DNA of 64,000 nucleotides from Octopus vulgaris (GCA_951406725.2 OX597816.1:122512001-122576000); one strand, 5' to 3'; positions 1 to 13,127 are shown, counted from the stretch's first letter. Translations and numbers: made by a program. The notes: generated by a model not told the origin, from the letters alone.

Positions 1-362
1 TCTTCTTCTTCTTCTCCACCTTCTACCTCCTAACTTTATCACTAATGCTTTTTAGTATAACACCTACGCAAATTCCATAAACAAACCTTTCAATAGAAAT
101 ATTCTCCTGAATTGAACTGCAACTGCTAGCCGCCACTGACCATTCAAAATACGACCATCAAGGCACTCCCAAATTTTTCCACCCCCTTCACCACATCAAC
201 CTTCTTCTTCTTCTACCCTACCAAGAATTCACAACGGCCTCGGACACACAAGTGCAAACAAGGGAGACAGAGAAAGGCAGAATGCCACTTATATTTGAAC
301 ACTACAAATATTCCTTTAAAAAAACTTTTCTTTTAATTTTTCCAAATTTAATTATTTAATCG

Positions 363-406
363 TTACAGTTGAAAAGGTCTCAAAATGACCGAAACCGGTA
401 CTGAAA
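363..406 (+). ncRNA. Minimal type I hammerhead ribozyme motif (PLE-type) with U3:A8 core variant
   Basis: ttacag-TTGAAAA(369-375)-ggtc/tcaaaat/gacc (stem II)-GAAA-ccgg-TA-ctgaaa; stem I cag/ctg; palindromic ACCGGT stem III; predicted cleavage after A400. Confidence 0.65.
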
Positions 407-488
407 TGTTCTTTATAAAATTATTTTAGCATTTTCTATTTTGACTTGTTTTTTCATATATATCAACTCGTGTGTTCCTTTTCACCCT

Positions 489-489
489 T

Positions 490-564
<75 letters not shown>

Positions 565-584
565 GGATATATATATATATATCG

Positions 585-632
<48 letters not shown>

Positions 633-643
633 CATATATATAT
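489..643. repeat. Interrupted (TA)n microsatellite
   Basis: Direct inspection; source of the YIYI ORFs. Confidence 0.97.
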
Positions 644-1469
644 GCGTGTGTGTGTTGGAAAAGTAAGGATAAAAACAAGCTTATATTAAAGTTATGAAGT
701 GCATTTCACTATTATGTATATATAATGCAATGCATACATTTTGGTATATATATGTAGTTGTTGTAGGGGAAGAAATGAAAGCTCCAAATGGCTGAAATCG
801 AGTTTAAACTTGTCAATATATTAATTCTTATGTGACATTTGATGTGCGTACAGCGAGAACACTTGCTGCTTTGTTTTCGATAGTGCTTGTATCAAACTGG
901 CCCGATCCGATGGCTGACAATCGTGCTGTTTTCACATCCTGTCATCATCTGACGTTCATTATTGTTACTTGATGTTAGATTGCTTCCTGCCAACCCGTCG
1001 AAGCATCACCGACCCACTCATCTCACAAATTATTGTGACCTACACCATCCAGTCCAACATTAGCCAATAAGCCCATTCATTGCTCTGCAATTCAGTTTTC
1101 CTCCGATATATTCCTCCCTCTACTCACCTTTTTCTGCAAATATTAACCTACCACAATTTAAACAGAACATCAAGGGTTTCAAATCCATGTGTCTCAGACT
1201 AAGGGGCAGTATTTGACCAAATATTATTTACATTCTATCTCTACAAACTTTCACATTTTTACATGAGTGAGTGTGGGCGTGTGTGTATTTGTATGTTTCT
1301 GTACACATTCACACACGCACGCACACATACTCAAATACACACATGCACAAAGTATATTTGAAAGGTTACATTTGAATGTGCATACATGCGTATATAGTTT
1401 CTTGCACACCGGTAGTCACATATGCAAACACTCATTTAAGGATACCTGCACAAAAATGGAATAAATTTC

Positions 1470-1530
1470 ATGCCTGGGAGGGTAACTTTCTAGGTGCAAT
1501 TCCACGGTTAGTCGTGACCGAAGGTGGTCT
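1470..1530 (+). mobile_element. 3' tail fragment of SINE family C
   Basis: gagggtaactttctaggtgcaat..gaccgaagg matches the tail of the 46095-46429 copy. Confidence 0.65.
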
Positions 1531-1628
1531 CAGCATATATAAAATAAAGTAGGGAAATGGAAATCGTCTAGTATTATTTATTCTTCATTACATGTGTTTC
1601 ATTTTCTGATAGGAAGCACATGAATTTA

Positions 1629-2594
1629 CGAGAGGTTACCCAAACCTAAACGAACACCTTCTCTGTGGGCCAAGCCTGTTGCTGTTCAGGCTTCCGCTGC
1701 TAGAGGCCACTTGATGCGACTCTCAGGCATCAGTCTGCCAACCGGCGTCGTTGAGTGAAGCCGTACCGCCACGTCATGCATCTTTGTTTTACAGTGCTTC
1801 TCTCCTATTCCTCGATTTTTGCGATGGCCGAAACGAAGCAACAGCGTGCTTCCTTGAAACAGCGTGCTTCCGCGAAACAATGTGCTTCCGTGAAATTCTG
1901 TTTTCTGCTGGGGAAAACGGCGGCCGAAACTGCTGTCCTGCTTCAAAGAAATTACACGAACACTGCCATGAGCAAAGCACAAGCTTGCGAGTAGTCTTCA
2001 TGCTTTAGGAATGGTCACTTTTCGCTTGAAGACCAACTTCGTTCAGGGCGACTGTAACGCCCCACCCCCGAACGAATGAAACATCACAAAAATTCATGAG
2101 CTAATCTTGGATGAACGTCGGCAAACAATTGATAGCTGGTGTATCCTGGAGCCCCTGCCAACGAATTTTCAGCGAGGAATTGCGAATGAAAAGAGTTGCA
2201 GCAAAATGTTTGCTCAAGGAAGATCAAAAGTAGTCACGATTGAACGCGTGTCTTGAACTCAAAGAAAAGTTGATCCGGACCCTTATAAAAAGCCATCACT
2301 AGTGCCCAAAGCTGGTGCTACGGCTGACTCCAGGAAATGAAGCAGCAATCAAGTCAATGGAAGCATTCAATGTCACCACGCCCCAAAAAAGTCCGTCAAG
2401 TGAAGTCCAATATCAAGATGATGCTGATTTGGTTCATCGATGCGAAACGAAGTGTCCACACAGAATTTGTTTCTCCTGGTCAAACTGCTAACCAAATATT
2501 TTACTTGGCAGTTTTGAAGCATTTGCGTAACGCAGTGACACGAAAACGCCCTGACATGTGGCAAAGTGGAGTGTGGTGGTTTCATCATGACAAT
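1629..2594 (+). mobile_element. Decayed mariner transposon, 3'-truncated
   Basis: TA|CGAG start; KFCFLLGKTAAET N-terminus, LEDQLRSGR, KQQSSQWKH..SPRPKK, HTEFVSPGQT, WWFHHDN; stops and frameshifts. Confidence 0.88.
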
Positions 2595-3739
2595 ATGTGT
2601 GTATTTATTTTTATAAATCACGGCAGGGAAGATATTTTAGTCTTTCAAGCAAAGAAATTCGCTAGATGGAAGAAGCCAGGCATGTAGTTAAAACTGTGTG
2701 TTTATAAAAGCATTTGTCACAAGCAAGTGCTATGTAAAGGATGTTAGAGGGAAGAATGTGTAGCACAAAAACAACCACTTAATAATTTCTTTTGCGCGTG
2801 ATGTACGATATATTCCCTTTTCAATATTAAAGGATGAGACTGGAGTAAAATTGCTACTTGTCATCGCTGTGAAGGCTATACTTTGTTGGAATATATTCTG
2901 ATAATATGCATGTCGTTTTTTGCAGGGTATGTTGGGAAGAATAACTAAATCTTGAATATTCTAACTTAAGCACTAAAACACAAATCAGTATTAACAATGT
3001 AATGAAAATCGGTACTAAATTCCAAACAGTTGTTTACTGCGAGGTGATGTGCGTATAGAGTAATCAAAATTCAGAATTCTCTTTGATTTTAGTGCCAGTA
3101 GGATACAGGTTGATTTGAGGGAAGAATTCGTTTTTACGAACTGCATTGCAATAAAGGAGCAATTCTGCTCGGCATATTTTATTGTTGTGTTGGCAAAATC
3201 ATGAGAAGGTACATTGGCGTGCGGACGACAAAAGAAGAGTCTAAGATATTAAGGATTTAAGGAATCAAAATGAGAAATGTAGTATGTTTCCTATGGGAAT
3301 AGAATGTTATCAGTCAGAAGCTATACCCACAATATGTTACCTAGCTTGCAAGGTAAAATAGGAGGTATAGGAGGACAATTGGTCTGATGCAGGAGATTGT
3401 AACGGAAAACCGTAGCATCAATGTTGTGTTTCATAGACAGAGTGATTCTTCAGTGAGGTGCCGAAATCCTGGTGATCATAATCTAACGAAGGCTATGTCT
3501 CAAATTGAAGCATCTTGTGCGAGCGCGCGCATACATATACACATGCATATGTGTATAACACGTATATAAATAAAAGAGAGAGGAGAGAGAGGGGGGATAA
3601 CTTAGCATTTTTGCTACTCTAAGACAAAAAATATAATAAAACCTTAAAATTTTATTTTAGAAATTATCTCTCTAAAGATCAATAAAATATCTAACTGACA
3701 CTTTATTATATAAGAAAGCTTGTAAATCCTATAACCCAT

Positions 3740-4450
3740 CTCATGGAAATTTTTTTATGAAGAATAGGAAATATGTTTGCTTCTGTATCGATTAACTGTT
3801 CGGTATATCAAAAACAGAGTTATGAAATCATGAAAGAGGTACTGGAAGGTCTCTAATAATTCGTAACCCAATACGTGGAGATTCGAAAACGATTTGTACA
3901 GTGCGTGGTCAAAAAAAGATGTCACACGTAAATTGGCTTTTGGAATTATCCGACAGTCAAAATTAAAGATCATCAGGTGAAATAACCAAAAGGAAGTGTA
4001 TGGGAGACCATACTTCCCAACAGTGTTGAAAGCGCAATATCATGAACATGTTCCAAAAAACCCAGACTTTTTTTTGTTCTAAGCGCATATAAAAACATAT
4101 GACTCCAAGTCGAAAGAAACTGAAGGCAGGCATATTTGATGGGCTTATGATAAGAACATTGATTAAATATGGATTTACTTAGACCAGTAAAAATAAATGT
4201 CTGGGTAAAATTCTCATAAGTTTTTTTTTTTAAATTGCTTAACTTGGACAAAACCAACTCATGAAAAATGCAAAGATCAGGGGAACATATTACTTTCTAC
4301 CATCAAAAAGATAATACGTAATACAAGTATTAACTTGCCCTTCTTCTGCAGTCATTTAAATTACTTTCCTGTCGGTTTAGAAGCTGTTTATGAATGGCAA
4401 CGTGAGTGTTTCTATCAAGCCATAAAGACATGGAAAAATAAACAAAAAGA
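3740..4450 (+). mobile_element. Decayed Chapaev-like (CMC group) transposase relic
   Basis: Translated pieces GNMFASVSINCSVYQKQSYEIMK, KLKAGIFDGLMIRTLIK, SHLNYFPVGLEAVYEWQRECFYQAIKT resemble the recalled KLKAGIFDGPQIR / HSHLDFFPENLGAVSDEQGERFHQDI motifs; superfamily name from memory. Confidence 0.55.
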
Positions 4451-5181
4451 TCCCAGAACGGGCAGAATATAAATATAATACAAACTTATTGCTGATTTTG
4501 TGTAAGAGAAGTTCGATAAACCCAACTGAAGAAAGTTTCTTCCTTAAACAGGGCACTCACCGAACCAAATTTGTTTTATATTTAGGCAAAGAGTTTGACT
4601 TGAAGTGAGGTGGATGAATTTACTAACTGGGTAACACATTTTTCGTACAGTATACTGCTGCATATTATTAAGAGTGTTATTTTAGCTACATTTAATATAT
4701 TCTACTGTTTTGTGGTTGTATAATACAAGCCACAATTATTATCTGTGAAAATATCGGGAGATAGCAATGTGACAAAATAGCATGAACAATAAAGTAAAAG
4801 GAAACACTTGGTGAAATGAAATGAGTGTGATATAATAATATGAATGTAGAATAGCTCCTTAACTTAAGAAATGCTCAAACTACGTCGAAGACAATTTGCT
4901 GTTCCTATGACACGACAAGCTGCATTTAAATCTTATAACTGTGGAGAGAGTAGCAATACTTGTTCTCCTTGTAATGCGTTCAGATTCAGATATGAGCATT
5001 TAAACTGTTATCATAGCGCCAAAGCACTTCTTTCTATTCGGTCTTATCCTTATAAAGTCAATCTACTCTATAATGTAAAAATGCAGAAATTCTTACTTTC
5101 AGGAAAAATATCTGATGCAAAAAATATTACATCCGAAAGAATGTATAACTTTCAAAATTCATGGACAAACATATCATACTA

Positions 5182-6418
5182 CAGGGTGCGTCAGTGTTTT
5201 CAGGACATCTCTTTCAAGGGCTCTAATATTCTTCTAATTTCCTTTTTACCTTAATTTTCAGATAAATAATGTCAAACACCAGACTGACTAAGCAAATAAA
5301 AAGGCACACAGTAATCGTTGCCTTAAAAGCGCAGCATAGCGATAAAAAGATAACCCGCTTCCCGAAAGCTGCTTGATCTTTCGTTGTCAAAGATCGAAAC
5401 AAACTGGAAGCTGCTGACCAGGATCCAATATCAGCAGCTAAAGAGAAAATGCATGTACAGGGTTCTAATATTAGAATACACAACTTTGGACAAAAAGTTA
5501 AAAATAATAGATAAAATCCTCGGTAAGTCAATCAAAACCATATCAGTGGACCTGATGGTTTCAGAATGCGCCATCCAATACAAGCCCTACATGAAGCGGT
5601 GGGTTCCGTTTATGTCAGATGTGACAAGAGAGAATCGTTAGATCCGTGCAAAGCACTTGCTAAGCAAGTTAAAACACTAAGAGACTGGAATACGTTGGTT
5701 TTCTTTGATGAGAAAATTTTTGACCATGACCAAAAGTTACACCAATGGAACGACAGAATATTTATGCTGAAAACCGAATGAGGTTTCAGTGGTCATTTAT
5801 ACTAAGTTCCCAGCAACTGTGGTTATTCTGAGAGTAGCCAGCAGCGAAGGTGATGTCATACCTCCTCACTTTTTTTCCCTGAACTTAAGAGTCAGTGCCG
5901 CTGCCTACTCAGAAATGTTGGAGAAAGTTGTAAGGCACTAGACAGACAGAATGCGCAATGGGAGATCATTCTTCCCAACAAGATTCTGCGCCGTTTCATA
6001 AGGCAAGGGCAACCCAAACGTGGATGCTAGCCAACCTCCATGCTCAGCACCCCCAAACACATGACCTAGTTCACCATACTTCAATCCACTTAAATATTAC
6101 GTATGGGGAAATAGGAGAGAGAGAGAGAGAGGGGGATGTATATATATATATATATATATACAAAACATCTCCATAACACAATACAATCTCTTAAGTTCGC
6201 CATAACCAGCACTATGTCCAAAATTGATTAAAAAATCATCTGATTCAAGTATAACAACGCTTCCGACCTCGTATTGAAGCAGCCAATAATACTAATAATG
6301 GATTAATTTATTTAGTATGATAAAAAGATTCTCAAGTTTATTTGTACCGATTCAAATGCCCTAAAAAAAACTGACGGAGTTTCTACTTTCACTCTGTAAT
6401 CTTATATTGATCACCAAG
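5182..6418 (+). mobile_element. Decayed Tc1/mariner transposon, probably DD37D (maT)-like
   Basis: TA-flanked ends cagggtg..caccaag; FFDEKIFDHDQK..NDR, QQDSAPFHKARATQTWM, degenerate P.S.DLNPL.YYVWG. Confidence 0.8.
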
Positions 6419-6959
6419 TATACAACCATCTTTATATTTTAGAACTAGGATTTTTGCTTGAAATATATATATTGCGAGCAGAGGCGATCTACTGCCATCT
6501 CTAGCAGACGAAATGTCCAGTACCGAAGCGCGGCAAAACTAGTCCGAAATCAGGACTGGTCTATTAGTCCTGTCACTAAAATGTGGTAGGGGTTCGTTCC
6601 CCTGCTTGCAATTTATTGGATACAGCTTTGCATCGTTAACCGGGTAGAGATGTCTTCTTGTATTTAAAAGAATCGCAGTCGAGTCTGTCCGATCGAACAG
6701 CCTTGTTATTAATGTTAATATACCTTTGTAATATCGGAGAGATACACAATGTAAAACAATATGATTTTTCGCAACTCTTATTCTGAACTATATAAAAATA
6801 TGCATTTTTACATTTGCAAGAAGAGACATGTACATTCAGAGAAAATAAAGTTTGTCATAAATATGAACTGCATTTCATCCAATGTTACAACATCAGGCCC
6901 TTCCTGGAGATGAAAGAAAATTAGACCCAAATAAATAAAGGAAACCACAAATCCAAGAT

Positions 6960-7330
6960 GAGTTCTAGCCAACGTTTGTCAGACACATTTTTCCGCGGCT
7001 CGTTTCTTAGATAGAGCTGCAGTCCTGTATCAAGCGTAGACCAAGGTAGGGCAGCCAACACCTAGAGTGTTATCAAGAGATCGCAACCATCTTCCGGTCG
7101 GACAGTGCGGTCGGTGGTAGTCCAGTTTGATGTTTTGTAAAGGGTTAGCGGAGGGTAAGAGTGATGAAGTTATCGGGGATAGTCTGCACATTGATGAGAA
7201 TACACTGGGTGGTGTACTCCAAAGAACTTTCAGCGCGGAAGCCATGAAAGTTTTCCAAATATTTCTGGTCTGGCAGCGCTACTTCTAGATAATCTTTGTA
7301 GGCATAGAAGTGGCTTCAGTCGGGTTTGCC
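6960..7330 (-). mobile_element. Possible RTE-like LINE C-terminal relic
   Basis: KFFG.H and P.GRWLRSLDN.L resemble RTE ORF C-termini; weak. Confidence 0.3.
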
Positions 7331-7474
7331 TGTGATGTGCGCAGAGCAGCAAAATCGTAGTGCGCGTGCACGTGCAGTGTTCGATCATTGCCTATTGGGA
7401 AGCACAGATAGTGTTTATCTGTTTGGTGGCTTTAGGGAAAGATGTGAGGCGAAGAAGAGTGAAAATCCGCTTGG

Positions 7475-7555
7475 AAATGAAAGTGAGGTCGAAGAGACGA
7501 AATGCTGCTAAGCATTTTGCCAGGCATGCTAACGATTCTGCCAGCTCGCCGCCTT
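7475..7555 (-). mobile_element. SINE family A 5' fragment
   Basis: Reverse complement of ggcggcgagctggcagaatcgttagca head. Confidence 0.8.
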
Positions 7556-7649
7556 CAATAATAATACAAGTTATGCAGATAGGCAGATTACATACGACAT
7601 TTAGCCGCATATCTTTACATTTCGAATTCAAATAACTCAGAATCGAAAA

Positions 7650-8190
7650 TTGCCTTTTTGCTTTCCGAGTTTGTTAACATAATATCCAGTCAACAAGTAA
7701 AGGTTTAGAATGAGTGTGTAACTATCTATGTTCAACGAAGTTTTTGCTGCAACGGCAAGATAAGAGTGAATCACTCGAATATTCAAGGTAATTCGTATTA
7801 TCTCTAGATTAGGCCCAGACAATAAAATAAGTAACTTCTGAATATGTAGAAGCGGGAAGAAAATAATCACATTGCTTATTGTCAGCCGTCCTTAGCCAAA
7901 ACAAAATACATACAGAAGCACCGCAGAGATGGGGAATTATACTGAAACTTGTCAACATTATGAAATGCTGACAAGAAAAGATGATATAAATATAAATATA
8001 AATGTGAAGGTAATTGAAAAATGATCATATTCTGGAATATACCAATAAATATAGAGTGATAGTTCGAAAAAATGTCCCGGATATTGTTATCAATGTTCAC
8101 CGAGAAAAGAAGTGCCTTCTGAATGAAGTATAATAATTCCTGACAGAGAAAATTAGAAATGGAGATAATCGAACTTGAAGGAACTGAAAA
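7650..8190 (+). mobile_element. R4/Dong-like non-LTR retrotransposon fragment (zinc knuckle and RLE region)
   Basis: Degenerate QDKS, VLAKTKYIQKH, KVIEK, NVPDIVINVHREKKCLLNEV (PD..E endonuclease motif). Confidence 0.6.
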
Positions 8191-9419
8191 GGGAAACTTT
8201 TTGTAATAATAAATCACTCGAATATCATAAAGCAATGAAGCACAGAGATAAAATGTATATCAAAACTGCAGGACTTATATACATACACACACTCAGAAAA
8301 TATAACCACCGCATATACATTACGTATATCACAGTCAATACACTGAAACTAACAATAGAGAAACATGATGTTGGCCAATAGCTTGTTACTTGAATGTATT
8401 TCTAACCAAGAATACGAATTGAATCTAGATTTCATGGATCCAGTACTTTTAAGTTTGAATCATTATATATGTTTTATTGAGACTCTTGAAAATAAAGCAA
8501 TCGGATGGGAGCGGATACGCTTTATGCGATTTTGTAAAGATCATGCCTCTTCACATCTACTATTTAAGTAAGCAAAGCGAATGGTTTTCAACCAAGATTC
8601 CGAAACGGACTCGCCAACGCTTACAATATTTCTTTAGATTTTATCGTTTGCTCTACGATGTTTGTCACTTCTTCAATCAATATTGATTCCTGTGAGTATT
8701 TTTGTATCCATTGCTATCGATTTAGTTATATTACTGTCAAAGTGAAGAATTACAAACACCATTGTTTATCTCATTTACACAGTAATTACTATCCCATTTT
8801 TTCCAAGTAATATATAAAACTAAACCATACAAATACCTACCCCCATCTTTTATATCTACGCATGCAGATACAGGTGAACACATATACTCTGGCACGCACA
8901 TACATATTATGCATTCTCACTCTATAACACGCACAGATGAAAATATACAGGCACAAGATAATACTCACACTGCTTTATAGATATACATAGTAAAAAATAA
9001 GTGTGGTAGAAAGTTCATTCTCAGAAGACTACGTATCTTTACAACATATGAATATACATATCCTTTATGATCGATAGGTGTAAAATATGAATAAATACAT
9101 ATATGCATGCACACATACATACATACATACATACATACATACATACATACATGCATACATACATATATACATACATGTTACTTGTCTCATTTATTTCGTT
9201 TTCAATTGTCTGACGAGTTTGTTTACTATACTGGCCTTATAGGTTGCTTCTGTTTGCATCTATAGAACGCATGTCTTGCGAAATAATGAAAAATATGTAA
9301 TAATTTGAAATAAAGGTGTACCAAATCAATGCTCATGTTTCGATTCTCTTATTATTGCTGTGCTCTTTGTATAACATCATAACCAACCTTCGACAGCTGA
9401 AGATGTACGTGTACACACG

Positions 9420-10178
9420 TCAGTGGGAATTTTTCAGCAGTAAACCAAGTACGTCATCTCTGAGGGTCGGGTAGCAAACCATGGAGTGTTCTGTCAGGAG
9501 ACATTTCCTTTTCACTGCATAATATCTGTCTGTGTAAGGACTGTCTCTGCACAGGGGCCACCCGGACTCCCGCAATTGTCGTGAACAGTAATTAGTTTTC
9601 ACCCTTTTCTCATTTCCTCCTTATGGTCTCAATTCGCCACCTCTCTTCATTTAACATCAATCTCACACAGAATCCAACACGAATCCCGCTTTCAACTTCC
9701 CTTCCTTTCCACTCTCACACCTGCACACCACCTAACTCGGTACCCTCACCACACACACCACTATACAAACACCCATACACACTGTTCAAGTCAGTACTCA
9801 CATCACACACCTTCCCACTCCATACATACTAGTACCCAAATCCTCCCACTACCTACAAGACACACTCGCCAATATCCTCACCACACACACCCGTATACGA
9901 ACGCTCTTACACACTGTAAACTCATTACACACACCACACTCCATTATGCACACTCCCCCACACACATATGCATATATATATACATATATACATACATTCC
10001 ACTTCACTCCACATTTGGCAAAAATTAGTCGTACCTGTAATTCAAAAGCTACTCTTGCCACACTCTGTATCACGCTAAATGTCCCTGAGAACTACTTTAA
10101 TAGAGTGTTCACGAGCAGACTGTTCCGTTGATCGGAACAATTTCAACTCTCGTCTTCGTAACCGATGGAGTTCCAGTT
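9420..10178 (+). mobile_element. Probable LINE 3' UTR relic
   Basis: CA-rich region ending gtccctgagaactac..cacgagcagactgttccgttgatcgg..gtaaccgatggag; related inverted fragment near 6670-6715. Confidence 0.35.
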
Positions 10179-10217
10179 ATATATCTATATACATATATGT
10201 AACTAGTTAGCTTGGGA

Positions 10218-10248
10218 GATAGGTAGATAAACAGACAGACAGACAGAC

Positions 10249-10313
<65 letters not shown>
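10218..10313. repeat. (GACA)n(GATA)n microsatellite
   Basis: Direct inspection. Confidence 0.95.
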
Positions 10314-10314
<1 letters not shown>

Positions 10315-11321
10315 TTATACCGCAAATGCGAACTTTTCCTTTCCTGCTATCACGGTTAGTTGACTTGGTTATCTCTAGCAACAAAACGTGTAGCTTGTCT
10401 CAATGTAAAAAGATTAATAACCATCAATAAAAATGGTTAGCGCAAACTAATGAATACTAAATTAAGAAATCATATGATGTCTGTTAGTGACCTCATGAAA
10501 ACTAACAGTTGGAATAAAAAAAATCCTTCTATGTCAACCTTCTATTAAAATCATTAAGACTATTCAGTATTTTCCAGGTATTGAGAAAGTTTTAGTGGTT
10601 AAATCGATGAAGTCGAATAGCTGTATTGATGCTCCTTTAGTAGTTCAGCGTTAAGTATGTAACCGTTTGAGATAAAGCCTTTGTAAAAAGTTGCTTTGGG
10701 AATAAATAAAAAATAGATAAATAAATAAAATATGTAGGTTTGGAAATTTTTACTGAATAACGTAGTGAGCTCTTAACATCTAAATGACTTCAAATAATTC
10801 CTTGTCTTTCTGTAGATATTTAGTTTTACATCCCTCAGATTATATAGTTCTAGAAGAATAGATATAAGAATTTCCGGAGAAATATCAGTTGGTTTGATAA
10901 TGAAACAATGTATATATCATGAAAGGACACGCATATAGATTAAAATCCTTTAGTAGGTACATTGAGGTAAACAGAGATGTCACTTGAACGTACGTTATGT
11001 TAATTTATTTTACAACTATATGTTAATATATAAAACCAAGATACATAAGTATATATTCACAAACATTGGACAGAGTGCGTTATAATGGTTTCTGATTCAG
11101 GATAAAGGGCACCAAATTTTAGATGACAGTGTTTAGTTGATACAATCGACACCAGTGACAGAATATATTTTATTGATCGGGATGGAGAGGATGAACGGCA
11201 AAGCTGGGATTTGAATTCAGATCGTGAAGATCCAGAAGAAATACTGCAATGCAATTTTACGACATTCCTACGATTCTACGAGCTCACCGCTTTATTGTGA
11301 GTAATAATTCTTTCTAAATAA

Positions 11322-11907
11322 GGCGGCGAGCTGGCAGAATCGTTATCATTCCGGGCGAAATGATTTGCGGTATTTCGTCTGCCGCTATGTTCTGAGTTTA
11401 AATTCCGCCGAAGTCAACTTTGCTTTTCATCCTTTCGGGGTCGATTAAATAAGTACCAGTTACGCTCTGGGGTCAATATAATCGACTTAATCCATTTGTC
11501 TATCCTTGTTTGTCCTCTCTGTGTTTAGCCCCTTCTGGGTAGTAATGAAGTAGGTGTTTCGTCTGCCGCTACGTTCTGAGTTCAAATTCCGCCGAGGTCA
11601 ACTTTGCCTTTCATCCTTTCGGGGTCGATATATTAAGTACCAGTTACGCACTGGGGGTCTATGTAATCGATTTAATCCGTTTATCTGTTCTTGTTTGTCC
11701 TCTCTATGTTTAGCCTCTTGTGGGTAGTAAAGAAATAGGTATTTCGTTTTTCTTTATGTTATGAGTTCAAATTCCGCCGAGGTCGACTTTGCCTTTCATT
11801 ATTTCGGGGTCGATAAAATAAGTACCAGTTGCGTACTGGCGTCGATCTTATCGACTGACTCCCGCCCACCAAAATTTCGGGCCTTGTGCCTAGAACAGAG
11901 AAAGAAA
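11322..11907 (+). mobile_element. SINE family A (tRNA-derived), three tandem units
   Basis: Head ggcggcgagctggcagaa, B-box gagttcaaattcc; ~185-bp body repeated from 11553 and 11738. Confidence 0.88.
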
Positions 11908-11914
11908 TTCTTTC

Positions 11915-12110
11915 TAATTTTGGAAAAGGCCGGTGCTTTTGAAGTGAGGGAAAACAATTACACCGGCTCCTGTACTGAACTGATACTCATTTTATCAACA
12001 CTGAAAGGATAAAAGGTCTAGATGTATTTCAACTTAGAACGTAAGGAACCGGAGAAACGCTGTTAAGCTTCTTTGCGCTATGAGCTAACGATATGTCAGC
12101 TTACCGCCTT
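11915..12110 (-). mobile_element. Decayed SINE family A copy
   Basis: Ends ctaacgatatgtcagcttaccgcctt, the reverse complement of the head. Confidence 0.65.
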
Positions 12111-12344
12111 AATATTCGTAATAATAGAAAAATCTTTTTACACGCATTTGGAGCTTAACATAAAAGAATTAGGTATACAGAACTGGTACAATCGCAAATG
12201 TACCATCGAAGTGAATGTTAAAACAAATATAGACATATGAATATATTTTTAGGGTGTGTTCTGGTTTGAGATGTATAATTATACTAACCGTTGTATAACG
12301 AAATGAAATTTGTATATTATATTCCAAATATATGTAAATCTTCT

Positions 12345-12535
12345 TTTCTTTTATATGTTTCAGTCAATTTGACTGTGGCCTTTAACCGAAAAGATCGACC
12401 CCAGAACTTATTCTTTGTAAGCCTAGTACTTATTTTATCAATCTTTTTGTCAAACCGCTAAGTTACGGGGACGTAAACACACTAGCATCGGTTGTCAAGT
12501 GATGGCGAGGGGGGGGGACAAACGCAGACACAAAC
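12345..12535 (-). mobile_element. SINE family B 3' half
   Basis: Reverse complement of the tail of the 14785-15155 copy. Confidence 0.8.
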
Positions 12536-12567
12536 ATACACATGCACACACACACACATACACATAT

Positions 12568-12661
<94 letters not shown>

Positions 12662-12826
12662 TATATATATATATAAATATACACACACACACACTAGTAT
12701 GGATAATTCCGGTTAATCGATACCTGGGTAACAAATTCACGTCAGTAAAACACAGTTGAAGTTACATGCCAAGGGCAGAACCCTGTGTTCGTGTGTGGAA
12801 ATTTGTGTGTTTTTTTATATGAATAA

Positions 12827-13063
12827 ATGAAAAGAATGGAGTCGAACGAAGATTTTAACAAAATTCCTTTACTTTCGACATATGTTTCGAAGACTGCATA
12901 CTCTTAATTCCGAAGGAATGAAGGTTGCATTATGCCGTCTTCTCATCGAGAAGACGGACCATAATGCAACCTTCATTCCTTCGGAATTAAAATTAAATCT
13001 TCAGAAACATATGTCGCAAAGTAAAGGAATTTGTTAAAATCTTCGTTCGACTCCATTCTTTTC

Positions 13064-13065
<2 letters not shown>
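12827..13065. repeat. ~240-bp palindrome containing HHR motif (PLE-like fold-back)
   Basis: Arms atgaaaagaatggagtcgaacg.. / ..cgttcgactccattcttttcat; apex ccgtcttctc-atc-gagaagacgg. Confidence 0.92.

Positions 13066-13127
<62 letters not shown>

Noticed and set aside
9398-9425. CTGAAGA followed by tgtac/gt/gtaca hairpin
   Set aside because: GAAA box absent
11322-11907. Regularly spaced repeats resembling a CRISPR array
   Set aside because: Tandem SINE units with no unique spacers or cas genes; eukaryotic DNA
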